Below are positions 39,582-49,838 of a stretch of DNA of 64,000 nucleotides, one piece after another; positions within the stretch are counted from its first letter, which is position 1, and every line of letters starts with the position of its first letter. The translations under genes and the position numbers were made by a program. The notes under the pieces were generated by a model. That model saw only the letters and a program-made list of their open reading frames with translations. It made no database searches and had not been told where the DNA came from. The DNA is from an uncultured Acidobacteriota bacterium (lineage in GTDB: Bacteria > Acidobacteriota > UBA6911), in assembly GCA_963843575.1 (NCBI GenBank), contig CAWJKZ010000004.1:64001-128000 (forward strand), given 5' to 3'.

Positions 39582-41138
39582 ATGAGTGACATCTTTCTGA
39601 GCTATGCTTCCGCGGACCGTGACAGGGTTCGCCCTCTGGTCGCCTGGCTCCAAGGCAGAGGCTGGTCGGTGTGGTGGGACCGCACTATCGTTCCAGGCCA
39701 GACATGGGATGAGGTTCTTGCCGTGGCGCTGGCAGACTCCCGTTGCGTACTCGCGGTCTGGAGCCGGGCTTCTGTTAATTCCGACTGGGTGCGCATCGAA
39801 GCCTCCGACGGCAAGGAGCGGGAAATCCTGGTGCCCATCCTCATCGACGACATCGCCCTCCCGCTTGCCTTCCGACTTGTCCAGGCAGCCTCGCTGGTCG
39901 GCTGGAACGGCGAAGAGAATCACCCTGCCCTGACCCAGGTCGCTCTCGGCATCAGCGCGATCCTGAACGACACGCGTCCAAAGGAGAGCGCCCTGATTCG
40001 ACCTGCGCCAGCCGCTCACATCGAACCGCGTGTTCTGGACGCCGCCATCTGCCGCCACCTTCCAGTCCATGAGCCGGCCGACTTGATCGCCATGGTTCGC
40101 CGCGAGGCCTCGGGGGGGCTTCGAGCAATCCTCGAATTCGATGAGGAATATGCCATGTCGCCTTCCGACGTGGCCTCCAAGCCCTTCGAGCTCGAATTCC
40201 CGCTCGATCCGGCGGGCAAGCCGTTGGGCGCAGAGCTCCTGCTCCGCATCAAGGCCCCGGATTTCGAGCCTCCGTCCCAGGAGAAGAAACTTCGGGTTCC
40301 GCCGGGCCGCGACTCCGTCGTGTGCGCCTTCCTTCTGACCCCACAGGTTCAGGGGAACCTGCTCGTTCAGCTGGAGGTCCTCCAGGGCGAATCGTCTGTA
40401 GCCTCGCGCCTGCTTCGCCCAACCGGGATTCCTTCGGACCGTCCCGTCGCCCGGCGCGCCGGGATGGTCGTGTCGATGCCATTGCCGGTCTCCGTCCACG
40501 ATCTGGACCGCACGGCCGTGCCCTACGGACCTCCGCCGGCCGGCAGCCGTCCCATCGAGAGGGAGAAACCCGTGGGAAGCGCGCCGGAACAGCGCCGTCC
40601 CGCTGCGCCGGCACCTCGTCACCCGGAATCAGGGGAATCTGATGATACGGTTTCGTTCCCGAGGCGTCGTCCCCGCTCACATTCTTACATGAGACTGGGC
40701 ACCATTGCCGCCGCACTGTTCGTTTGTGTGACGGCCACTTACCTGTTCTATCTGCCGAGGGCAGCCCCGCCTGGGATGGTGCGGCCGACTCCGCCCGACG
40801 CCGCGCCAGTTATTCCGCCCGTGACGACTCCGCCGTCCACGCCGGCGAAGCCAATGCGCGTCGAAGCAGACGTGCAGGCATCCAAGCTGGTCAGGAGAGT
40901 CGCCCCGGCCTATCCCGAGGCGGCGAGGCGGAGTCGCGCGCACGGCGAGGTTGTGCTGTCGATACACGTGGACCAGGCGGGAAACGTCTCCGAAGTGAGT
41001 GTGCTGAGCGGGCACCCGCTGCTGCGTGATGCCGCAGTCGAGGCAGTGCGTCGATGGAAGTACTCACCAACTCTGTTGAAGGGAGAGCCGGTTCCTGTTA
41101 CAACCACAGTAACGGTGACACTCGAACCTCACGACTGA
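39582..41138 (+). CDS. TIR domain - unknown domain - TM - TonB C-terminal domain fusion
   Basis: MSDIFLSYA..D, VWWD..I.PG, WS.ASV.SDWVRIEA (TIR_2); TM LGTIAAALFVCVTATYLFYL; Pro-rich linker; PAYPEAAR...GEVVLSIHVD..GNV...GHPLLRDAAVEAVRRWKYSP (TonB_C). Confidence 0.9.
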   Translation: MSDIFLSYASADRDRVRPLVAWLQGRGWSVWWDRTIVPGQTWDEVLAVALADSRCVLAVWSRASVNSDWVRIEASDGKEREILVPILIDDIALPLAFRLVQAASLVGWNGEENHPALTQVALGISAILNDTRPKESALIRPAPAAHIEPRVLDAAICRHLPVHEPADLIAMVRREASGGLRAILEFDEEYAMSPSDVASKPFELEFPLDPAGKPLGAELLLRIKAPDFEPPSQEKKLRVPPGRDSVVCAFLLTPQVQGNLLVQLEVLQGESSVASRLLRPTGIPSDRPVARRAGMVVSMPLPVSVHDLDRTAVPYGPPPAGSRPIEREKPVGSAPEQRRPAAPAPRHPESGESDDTVSFPRRRPRSHSYMRLGTIAAALFVCVTATYLFYLPRAAPPGMVRPTPPDAAPVIPPVTTPPSTPAKPMRVEADVQASKLVRRVAPAYPEAARRSRAHGEVVLSIHVDQAGNVSEVSVLSGHPLLRDAAVEAVRRWKYSPTLLKGEPVPVTTTVTVTLEPHD

Positions 41139-41199
41139 ATGTCAGCGGCTCGGGGCTCCGCAATACCTCGGCTCTGCCAGACTTTTCCAGGACAAGACT

Positions 41200-42639
41200 A
41201 TGGCGTTTCACATCCGCTGTTCCGCCCTTTTGTTTCTGCTTTGTGCTTTCCCGCTTTTTGCCCAGGACGCAGCGGTCTCATGTGCTCCCGCAGTTGTCGG
41301 GAACCGTGACGGCAACTACATCCTGCCGGGATCGCTGGGCGACGTAGCCTACGCCGAAGGCGTGACCCTGGACGCTTACGCCCCGGCGGGTGGACCGCGC
41401 CCTGCGGCATTGGTGATCCACGGCAGCCGGGGAAACAAGCGAGGCTTCGTCACGCGCCTGTACGAGCATCTGGACAAGGCAGGGTATGCCTGGTTTGCGC
41501 CAAACTTCCGCAACGAGGCAGATGTGGCATCGGCTCTGCGTTATGTCAGCTGCCCGGGAAGGTTCAACATCAGTAAACGGATTATTCTGGTGGGCGAAGA
41601 CACGGGAGCGCTGACGGCGCTCAAGCTCGCTTCCGACGGGGGAGTTGCAGGTGTGGTGACCGTGGGGGCCAGGCTTGACGATGACTCGGCGCGGCCTGAG
41701 GTGCCGGTGCTGATGATCCAGGGCTCGGAAGACAAGGAGTGGTCGTTGGCGCAGGCGGAGGGGTACTGCGGGCGGCTCAAAAACTGTAGGTTGTACGTGC
41801 AGAAAGGAGCGCAGCACACGTTTGAGAACTGGCTGCCGGCCCAGTGGGATTACCGCGAGGAACTGGACGGATGGCTGCGAAACGACCGGCGGGGACTGTG
41901 GAAGGACATCGTTTTCGCTCGGCCGGGCGGCCTGGAGCTGCGCATGGACGCATGGCTTCCGGAAGGTCCGGGACCGTTTCCGGCCGTTATCATCGCCCAC
42001 GGTGGCGGTTGGGAAGGCGGCGACAAGGTGACCTACGTCGCTCCCCTGTTCGAGCCTTTGGCCAAGGCGGGCATTGCCTGGTTCTCGATCGACTACCGAT
42101 TGGCGCCGTACGTACGCAATCACGAGCAGATTGAAGATGTGCGGACGGCCATCCGGTTTGTGAAGCAGAATGCCTCGCGGTACCACGTCGATTCGAACCG
42201 GCTCGCGTTGATGGGCGAGTCGGCTAGCGGCCAGATAGTCACGCTCCTGGCTTCGGTGCCGTGTCCCGGTTGTGAAGTCCAGGCAGTCCTGTGCTTCTAC
42301 GGCGTTTATGATTTCTTGTCGTGGGCCAAAGAGGGCCGGGGCGCCCGGCTTGAGTCGATGTTCGGAACTCTGGACGAGAACGTGCTGCGCCAGTACTCGC
42401 CGCTGTTTCAGGCTCACGCCAAGATGCCGCCGGTGCTGATCCTGCAGGGAGCAGGAGACCGGCTGATAGGCGGCTCGAAATTGTATGCGGCGCGGCTCAA
42501 AGAGTTAGGGGTCCGCCACGACCTCGTGATCCTCGAAGGCGCGCCCCACGGGATCGAAAACTGGGAAGATCACCCCGAATGGGCCTTCTGGAAAAAGCGC
42601 GTCACCGATTGGCTCCAAGACGTCTGGGGACAACGCTGA
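41200..42639 (+). CDS. Secreted tandem alpha/beta hydrolase (esterase/lipase, two domains)
   Basis: Signal peptide; domain 1 IHG, GEDTG, GAQH; domain 2 HGGGW, SIDYRLAP, GESASG, GAPHG. Confidence 0.85.
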   Translation: MAFHIRCSALLFLLCAFPLFAQDAAVSCAPAVVGNRDGNYILPGSLGDVAYAEGVTLDAYAPAGGPRPAALVIHGSRGNKRGFVTRLYEHLDKAGYAWFAPNFRNEADVASALRYVSCPGRFNISKRIILVGEDTGALTALKLASDGGVAGVVTVGARLDDDSARPEVPVLMIQGSEDKEWSLAQAEGYCGRLKNCRLYVQKGAQHTFENWLPAQWDYREELDGWLRNDRRGLWKDIVFARPGGLELRMDAWLPEGPGPFPAVIIAHGGGWEGGDKVTYVAPLFEPLAKAGIAWFSIDYRLAPYVRNHEQIEDVRTAIRFVKQNASRYHVDSNRLALMGESASGQIVTLLASVPCPGCEVQAVLCFYGVYDFLSWAKEGRGARLESMFGTLDENVLRQYSPLFQAHAKMPPVLILQGAGDRLIGGSKLYAARLKELGVRHDLVILEGAPHGIENWEDHPEWAFWKKRVTDWLQDVWGQR

Positions 42640-42660
42640 TGTGGCGCAGCCGCGCGTTTA

Positions 42661-42695
42661 CAGGACGCGGATTTTCGCTGATTCACGCGGATGTT
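42661..42695. repeat. ACGCGGAT periodic repeat
   Basis: caggacgcggattttcgctgattcacgcggat, the near reverse complement of 14782-14813. Confidence 0.7.
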
Positions 42696-42756
42696 GACTT
42701 GGTGACAGGCCGCGTTCTGCTGTGTTAACCGGTGGTCAGCTCCGTGAAAACGGGTA

Positions 42757-44045
42757 TTACGCATTCTGCAACGCAAATGACGGTTTCTGCGCGCGCCACT
42801 TGCCGCGCGTAAAGTCAGGGCATGCCACCGGCGCGCTCCCTTTGGCGATGGACTCTTGCGAAAGCGGGATGATGGAGGTCATGAGCACCGAATCGTAAAC
42901 GTCGATCGGGGGAGGCGTGTGATTCTTGGCCGACTTGACGAATTCCCTCATGACCAGGTAGTCGGCGCCGCCGTGCCCCCCGTCGGGTGAGTCCGCCGGG
43001 ATGCTCTTCCACAGGCTGTGCTCAAACTTCGTTTGATAGGGTTCAAACGCCTCCCACTGGTCGCCCTTCGTCCTTCCCTCCAGGTAGACGGCGTTGTGCT
43101 CATGCGAGTACAGACCCAAGGTGCCCTGGATGAGCCACCGATTGTCGTAAGGCCGGGGCAGCTGCATGTCGTTGTTGACCACTATGGTGTTGCCTTTGTG
43201 CGTCTTGATCACCGTGGTCACGATGTCGCCCTGCAGATATTTCTGTTTCGCGGATGGGTGATCGGCGCCGAATCTCCGGTGTGAGCTCGCGATAGATGCC
43301 GAGCGGCCGGCTTGCCGTCGAGGTTGCGTACTCGAAGTAGTCGCCGCAGTTGAGGTTCATCCAGCTCATGGCCGGGCCGATGGCGTGGGTGGGTTCCGGG
43401 TTGGCGTTGCGCCTCGTCAAAAACTCGCCGCTCCACTTGGGATTTCCCTTGTCGTCGAAGTACCAGTACACGCAATCGTGCGAGTAGGCGCAGTGGCAGT
43501 GGACGATCTCTCCGAGGAGGCCCTGCCGGATCATGTTGAGGACGGCGAGGTTGTCTTCACGGTAGCACCAGTTCTCGAGCATCATGTAGGGAACCCCGGT
43601 TTGCTCGTGGGTATTGACCAGGCTCCAGCACTCCTCGAATGTCAGTGCCGCCGGCACCTCGCACGCGGTGTACTTGCCGGCCTTCATGCAGTAGACCGAC
43701 ATGGGGGTGTGCCAGCTCCACGGAGTCGCGATGACCACGGCGTCGAGGTCGTCCCGCGACATGAGCCGTTCGAAGTCGTGCTCGTTCCGGGAATAGCCTT
43801 CCGGCCGGGGCCGTCCCGATTCCTGCACCTTCTGCTGAGCCGACGTCAGGCGCGGCACATCGATGTCGCAAAGCGCGGGGACAGCCACGTCCTTCATCGA
43901 GAGCAACAAGCCGCAACAGGCTGCTGCCGCGACTACCGACCCCGACCACGCCGATTCTGACCGTGTCTTCCGCCGCCGCACCCGCGGGTATCAGGGCTGC
44001 TGCCGCAACTTCGAGGAAACTGCGTCGATCCATTCTGTTGTCCAC
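42757..44045 (-). CDS. Tat-exported GH109-like Gfo/Idh/MocA protein (two frameshifts)
   Basis: MDRRSFL, RIGVVGVGSRG (43557..44045); IATPWSWH, ACEVPAA, MMLENWCY, PTHAIGP (43100..43981); PRPY, GGHGGADY, PDFTRGKW (42757..43221). Confidence 0.85.
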
Positions 44046-44500
44046 CGATTGCCTCCGTGGGATGAACGGGCCATGTTGGCGTCAGCCGAACCGAGCCGTG
44101 CCAACCGAGTTCCCGGCTGATTGGCCTGTTCCCGGCTCCGACCGACCGGGGTTCCGGTTCTTCCGGAGCCATGATCTCACAATTGCCCTGCCGTGTGGGG
44201 CACAGAGCATCTGACTCCAGTAAGTTCTTATATCTGGCGCAGGAAAGGAGGGGAGCAAGACAGGAACCTGGGCGTTCACGGTTGGCTGAGAGCCTTGGCA
44301 CCGGCACCGATCCCCTCGCCTGGCCAGGCCTGGTCACATTTCACTGGCTTGGTATGAAAGACCTTTCGCCCGCTCAGAAATGCGTGCCGACGATGAACTT
44401 AGTTGGTTCCGGCCTTGGGCTGTCGCACCCGGCGATGTGGCGTCTAGCCCGTGAGCCCGCAGGCTGTTCATGAAGAGGAAAGTAGGCAGCAGAAAAGCGT

Positions 44501-44643
44501 AGTGGGACGCGGATACACGCTGGCAGAGCTTTTGCCACGCCGAAGGGCCTGCGAGGCGGGTCATCCTTGGCGGCAAAAGCTCTGCACACAGACCGAATCG
44601 TCAGTTCTGATACGCGTTTCTCCGCGCTCATCCGCGTCCCACT
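44501..44643. repeat. Nested palindromic element
   Basis: Outer agtgggacgcggat / atccgcgtcccact; inner gcagagcttttgcc / ggcaaaagctctgc. Confidence 0.8.
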
Positions 44644-44936
44644 TCCCTGCCGCTCGGTTGTTCATGAATTATCCAAACCCTCAGCAGGGCTGCTTGTAGA
44701 ACGCTCGGTTTTGCGAATTTCACCTGCTCAAAATTTCTCCGGGTATGGCAGGATACGGCAAATGGAGGTCTGTGATTCAGCCGAAGAGAGTTCCTCGCAT
44801 CAGTCGCAGCCGCTGCTGGAACCTCCGGCAAGCACGACCTGGTTCGGTGGCTCCGGTAACCCGCGTCCAAGGGTCGTTTTTCTCTACGACCGGCGTCTCC
44901 GCGGTGAAGTTTGAAGGTCTATCCCCAGGGGGAACC

Positions 44937-46742
44937 ATGAGAATAGCGCTTGCGATCGGAATCCTGACTCTATGCCTGGTCGACACGGCCCGCACCGCGC
45001 AGGTGGAAAATGCCCGGCGCACGACCCGTCCCGTCATACGAGGGGTGGAGTACGCCATCTCGTCCATGAAGCCCCAGGCGACGCAGGCGGCCGAGCGCAT
45101 CCTGCGAGCCGGCGGCAATGCCTTTGATGCCGCAGTGGCGGGGCAGGCCGTGCTGGGAATAGTGGATGCGGCAAACAACGGCGTCGGCAGCGACGCCGTG
45201 TTGCTGATCTACGATGCACGCTCCAACACCGCGCATTCCCTCAATGCGGAAGGCACCGCGCCGCGGCTGGCAACCATCGACTGGTACATGAAAAACCAGG
45301 GCGGCAAAATACCCGTGGACGACGGCCTGCTCTCCGCCACGGTCCCGGGAGTGGTGGACGCGTGGTTCACGCTGCTGGACCGCTGGGGCAGCAAGAGTTT
45401 CGCCGAGGTGCTGCAGCCGGCGATCGAATTGGCCGAAAACGGTTTCCCCCTCTCGGACGGGTTGGCACGCCTCTATGCGGAATCCAAGAAGCTGCGAAAA
45501 TACCAGTCCAGCGTGAATCTCCTCAAGCTGGACACGGCCGTCTACCACCCGGGGGACGTCATCAGAAATCCCGACCTGGCGCGTACCCTGAGGAAACTGG
45601 TCGAAGCCGAAAACGAGAATACCCCCAAGGGCCGGCACGCAGCGCTTAAGGCGGCTCGGGACCGTTTCTATAAAGGCGATATCGCGCGAGCCATGGCCCG
45701 CTTCAGCGAGGAAAACGGCGGCCTCTTCCGCTACGATGATTTTGCCTCATACTCCGCAGAGGTCGAGCAGCCGGTCTCAGTCAATTATCGTGGTTACGAG
45801 GTTTTCAAAAATCCCTCCGCAAGCCAGGGCCCGGCAGAACTGTTCACGCTCAACCTGCTCGCGGGTTATGACCTGAAATCCATGGGGCACAACAGCCCCG
45901 ATTACATCCACACCTGCATTGAGGCCGTAAAGCTCGCTTTTGCCGACCGCGACCAGTTTCTCGGCGATATGGACTTTATCAAGATTCCATTTGAAGGCCT
46001 CCTCTCCGCGGATTACGCCCGGGAGAGGCGCAAGCTGATCGATCCCCGCGCGGCATCGCTGGAATTCCGCCCAGGCAACCCCGAAAAATTCACCAGGGGG
46101 TTTGAGCCCGTCGTCCGTCCGCTCGACATTCGGTACGACGGCAATGCCCAACATGACGGCGATACGAGCTACATCGCGGTGATCGACGGCAGCCGCAACA
46201 TGGTGAGCTTCACGCCGAGCCTGCACAGCGCCTTCGGCACCGGAGTCGTCATCGGCGACCTGGGTTTTATCCTGAATTGCCGGGGCGATTATTATTCACT
46301 TGTTCCCGGACATGCGAACGCCCTGGAACCGGGCAAACGGCCGCGCAGCACACTGCAGAGCTCCCTGGTCATGAAGGACGGCAAACCACTCATGATCCTG
46401 GGCAGCCCCGGCGGAGACGAACAGTGCATGCGCACAATGCAGACCTTCTTGAACATGGTGGAATTCGGCATGAATATCCAGCAGGCGATCGAAGCGCCGC
46501 GATGGGCCTCGCAGAGCTTCCCCGCCTCGCCATTCCCACACACAATGTATCCGGGTGCCATGTCGATAGAGGACAGGGTGCCTGAAGCCGTCCGGGATGA
46601 GTTGCAGAAAAGGGGGCACAGGTTGAAGGTCGGCGGCGCGTGGACCATGGGTTCGAACGCCGGGATTGTCATCGATCCGAAGACCGGCACTCTCAGTGCG
46701 GGTGCGGACCCGCGCGTGGACGCCTACGCCCTAGCCTGGTGA
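44937..46742 (+). CDS. ggt: Gamma-glutamyltransferase family protein (signal peptide)
   Basis: GGNAFDAAVA, ATVPG, LQPAIELAENGF, AFADRD, catalytic DTSY, PGKRPRSTL, GSPGG, GADPR. Confidence 0.93.
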   Translation: MRIALAIGILTLCLVDTARTAQVENARRTTRPVIRGVEYAISSMKPQATQAAERILRAGGNAFDAAVAGQAVLGIVDAANNGVGSDAVLLIYDARSNTAHSLNAEGTAPRLATIDWYMKNQGGKIPVDDGLLSATVPGVVDAWFTLLDRWGSKSFAEVLQPAIELAENGFPLSDGLARLYAESKKLRKYQSSVNLLKLDTAVYHPGDVIRNPDLARTLRKLVEAENENTPKGRHAALKAARDRFYKGDIARAMARFSEENGGLFRYDDFASYSAEVEQPVSVNYRGYEVFKNPSASQGPAELFTLNLLAGYDLKSMGHNSPDYIHTCIEAVKLAFADRDQFLGDMDFIKIPFEGLLSADYARERRKLIDPRAASLEFRPGNPEKFTRGFEPVVRPLDIRYDGNAQHDGDTSYIAVIDGSRNMVSFTPSLHSAFGTGVVIGDLGFILNCRGDYYSLVPGHANALEPGKRPRSTLQSSLVMKDGKPLMILGSPGGDEQCMRTMQTFLNMVEFGMNIQQAIEAPRWASQSFPASPFPHTMYPGAMSIEDRVPEAVRDELQKRGHRLKVGGAWTMGSNAGIVIDPKTGTLSAGADPRVDAYALAW

Positions 46743-46784
46743 CCCCGGGGACCCCGCACCCGGCCCCGATGAAGCAACTGAAGC

Positions 46785-47030
46785 CAGTGGCCGGGCTCGG
46801 GCGGACGGGCGTGACCGAACGAATCGGCACCTGGCTGCTTCGGATCTCTGGAGGGAGCGAAAGTTGGCTCATCGTGGCCCTCATGGCGGCAGGCGCGATC
46901 CTTTCGCTGGTCATGAACAACATCGCCGCCGCATCGGTGCTGCTCCCGGGCCGCTTCCACGGCCGCCCACAGATCGAACGTCACGCTCTCCCGCTTGCCG
47001 AATGGTGCTCGGCTTCAGCACGCTGCTTCG
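46785..47030 (+). pseudogene. Internal fragment of an SLC13/TrkA-C-type permease
   Basis: GLGRTGV..RIG.WLLR..GGSE..LIV.LM.AGA.LSL.MNNIAAASVLLP, then loss of frame. Confidence 0.65.
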
Positions 47031-47630
47031 CGGCACTCACGACGGACACCCTTGCCGTCGGCTTGCAGTTCCCCTGACCGGGCCTGCAGAACACCTCCCA
47101 TCCGTGGGTCTCTCCCGAGGGGTACGATCGGGCGCACCAACCAAGGGGCGCCCTCCGGCGCCTGGCCCTTTGCTTCTCTTCGCCTGGAGGGCCTCGGATC
47201 CGCCGACCTCTCAGAGCATCGGCCCCTTTTGGGGCGCACAGCTAACCGACCGCAAGGTTATCAGTCACGGCGAACGAGCAGCTTCCCTTTTCCATATCCC
47301 TTAAACATGTTCCACCTCCCGGTTTCCCTTTCACCGGGCTCTTGTGTAAACCCACATGATCAGATCATCGAATAGTTGCAGAGGGCATTCTAATCACGAA
47401 CGCCGTTCGGCGGGATAGCGCACAGATTTTCACGAGGTTCGGCGAGTGGCAGGGAATGCACACCCGCAACATAAGCGACACACACAGCGCAAAACCGCGT
47501 CTTTGCTGGGCTTGAGCCTCCGTTTCATCGGGCGGCCGGCTAAACCGCTACACCGCAGGACCTTCGCAACTCCTTTATGCAACGACTCCAGGTGACTGAA
47601 AAAGCTCACCTTGCACATGCCGTGCAAGTC

Positions 47631-47646
47631 TGGCACGGCACGTGCA
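47631..47646 (+). promoter_or_regulatory. Putative sigma54 (-24/-12) promoter of the DegQ gene
   Basis: TGGCAC-GGCAC-GTGCA fits GG-N10-GC, about 50 bp upstream of ATG 47698. Confidence 0.55.
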
Positions 47647-47697
47647 AACCTTGGTTCGGCCGCCCGCACTGAAGGGGTCGGCAAAGGGAGATCGAAA

Positions 47698-49191
47698 ATG
47701 TTCAAATCAACATCGCTTGGAAGCACGTTGCATCGCCCTGGCTTCCGGCCGGGTTTTGCGCTGGGCCTGGCCACGCTGATTCTTCTGGTTGGCGGAGTTC
47801 TGGGATTCCACGCCGCGTTTGGCACGTCAAGTACAGCGATCACGGGAAATGCAGCCGGAATCCCCTCCGCAGCCCTGGATCTGAGCAAAGCTTTTGAAAC
47901 CGTCGCCCGGCAGGTCGAACCTGCCGTGGTAAATATCAACACCGAACAGGTTATCCACAACACGGCTGTGGAGAGCCCGTTCCGAGACTTTTTCGGCAAC
48001 GACAATCCATTAGGATCGTTCTTCGGCCAGATGCCGCACGACTTCAAACAGAGGAGTCTCGGTTCCGGATTCGTGGTGGATCCCAACGGCTACATCCTGA
48101 CCAACAATCATGTCGTTGAAAATGCCTCGAAAATACGCGTCAAATTGAACGACGGCCGCGAAATGGGGGCCAGCGTGGTGGGCACGGACCCGCAGACGGA
48201 CCTGGCCATCCTGAAAGTGAAGGCCGCGCACCTGTCCACGTTGCCGCTGGCCAGATCCGACCAGATTCAGGTCGGCGACTGGGTGCTGGCATTCGGGAGT
48301 CCTTTCGGCCTCGAGAAGACGATGACGGCCGGCATCATCAGTGCCAAGGGCCGGGTGATCGGGGCGGGCCCCTACGACAATTTCCTGCAGACGGACGCGG
48401 CCATCAACCCTGGCAACAGCGGAGGCCCGCTCGTGAACCTGCGGGGTGAAGTTGTCGGTATCAACACGATGATTGCCTCCCAGAACGGGGGATTCCAGGG
48501 GGTGGGTTTTGCCATCCCGTCTCCGATGGCCTTTGATGTATACCAGGAAATCGCCAAGTCCGGCAAGGTGACGCGCGGCTGGTTGGGCGTGCATATCCAG
48601 GACTTGACCGCAGAGCTCGCGAAGGGTTTCAATCTCAGCGGGCGCAAGGGGGTCCTGGTTTCCGACGTGGACTCTGACAGCCCGGCGGCAAAAGCCGGCC
48701 TCAAGCCGGGCGACGTCATAGTCTCGTACGCGGGCAAACAGATTGAGTCCGCGCGCGACCTTTCGCTCTCCGTCGCCGCGACCAGCGTGGGCGCACCTTC
48801 GCGGTTGACGGTTCTGCGGGACGGCAACCAGCTAGACCTTACGGTCGCGGTCGGGGAACGGCTGAACGATGTTGCCGAGAACTTCAAATCTTCCCGGCAG
48901 GAAGAGCACGGACGCCTCGGCATCACTGTGGAAAACGTCACCGCCGACGCGCAGCACGAACTGAAACTCTCGACCGGCAGGGGAGCGCTCGTCACCGAAG
49001 TGAAACCGGGGAGCCCCGCGGACACAGGCGGCGTCGAGCCGGGAGACGTGATACACGAGATCAATCAAAACCCGGTGGACCATGCCGCGGACCTTCAGGG
49101 GTTCGCGCGCAATCTGAAGCCCGGCCAGACCGTTCTGCTCCAGGTCGAACGACAAGGGCACAACCTCTTCCTGGCGTTCGACGTGTCCTAG
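47698..49191 (+). CDS. HtrA/DegQ family serine protease with two PDZ domains
   Basis: [41 protein letters not shown]; two PDZ repeats. Confidence 0.96.
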   Translation: MFKSTSLGSTLHRPGFRPGFALGLATLILLVGGVLGFHAAFGTSSTAITGNAAGIPSAALDLSKAFETVARQVEPAVVNINTEQVIHNTAVESPFRDFFGNDNPLGSFFGQMPHDFKQRSLGSGFVVDPNGYILTNNHVVENASKIRVKLNDGREMGASVVGTDPQTDLAILKVKAAHLSTLPLARSDQIQVGDWVLAFGSPFGLEKTMTAGIISAKGRVIGAGPYDNFLQTDAAINPGNSGGPLVNLRGEVVGINTMIASQNGGFQGVGFAIPSPMAFDVYQEIAKSGKVTRGWLGVHIQDLTAELAKGFNLSGRKGVLVSDVDSDSPAAKAGLKPGDVIVSYAGKQIESARDLSLSVAATSVGAPSRLTVLRDGNQLDLTVAVGERLNDVAENFKSSRQEEHGRLGITVENVTADAQHELKLSTGRGALVTEVKPGSPADTGGVEPGDVIHEINQNPVDHAADLQGFARNLKPGQTVLLQVERQGHNLFLAFDVS

Positions 49192-49689
49192 CCCGCCTTT
49201 GGGAGGGCAGCCTCCATTCCCTGGTGCACGTGGCATCAGGGGGCCGGGCTCTCGGAGGACTGCCCTCGCCCAAATCCATAAAGGTATCCTTCACGCCCTC
49301 GCGGGCGTGCGCGGCATCGGCGACACGCGTGTTCTCGGGCGTTTCCTGCGCGATGTGACGACGCTGAACGCTGAATTTTCCGGTTTTAGCCCTGACGAGA
49401 CGCTCTCCAACAACCTGGAAGCCGTCTTTGAAGTGACCAATCGCTCATGGGACGCCGCGGCCGTGTCGAACGACGAACTTCTCGTACCCAGGTGGGGTGA
49501 TGGAAATGCTCTGCGAGCACAAGTGCGAGGGTTGGCTCGCCGACAGCACAATGGCCTATCATTTAGGCCCTGAGCGAGAATCTTGCCAAGCACCGCCCGC
49601 TGCGCGCCGAAATTCGGGGTACGTTCGGCGCTGTGTAGAGGACTTGCGTGAATGCGCACTCACTCATAGGATGGTTGTTACTATGCGAA

Positions 49690-49761
49690 CGATGCCTTGT
49701 CGTGAACGACGCCCTGAAGGTCGCGATGATCAGGTGGCGCGCACCTCTGGCGGTGGCCTAG
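49690..49761 (+). pseudogene. Possible C-terminal remnant of a P-type (H+-efflux) ATPase
   Basis: CLVVNDALKVAMIRWRAPLAVA* resembles the C-termini of bacterial proton-efflux P-type ATPases (recalled similarity, short). Confidence 0.35.
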
Positions 49762-49838
49762 AAGCCGCTCAATACTGCTTGCTCGAGGACACAGCCGGCC
49801 GCTATCAACCGAACTGGTAAGAAAAAAGGAAAGAGCTC

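Noticed and set aside
31117-41138. Calling the island CBASS, Thoeris or Avs
   Set aside because: No CD-NTase, no ThsA-type SIR2/SLOG or Macro protein, and no TPR-array sensor were seen; only component-level similarity exists.
44521-44536. TGGCAGAGCTTTTGCC as a sigma54 promoter for ggt
   Set aside because: It is one arm of a perfect inverted repeat about 400 bp from the start codon and is better explained as part of the palindromic element.
49199-49573. Coding-looking stretch [12 protein letters not shown]...[15 protein letters not shown]
   Set aside because: It is probably a gene remnant, but I cannot assign a family or a start; it is mentioned only within the remnant finding.
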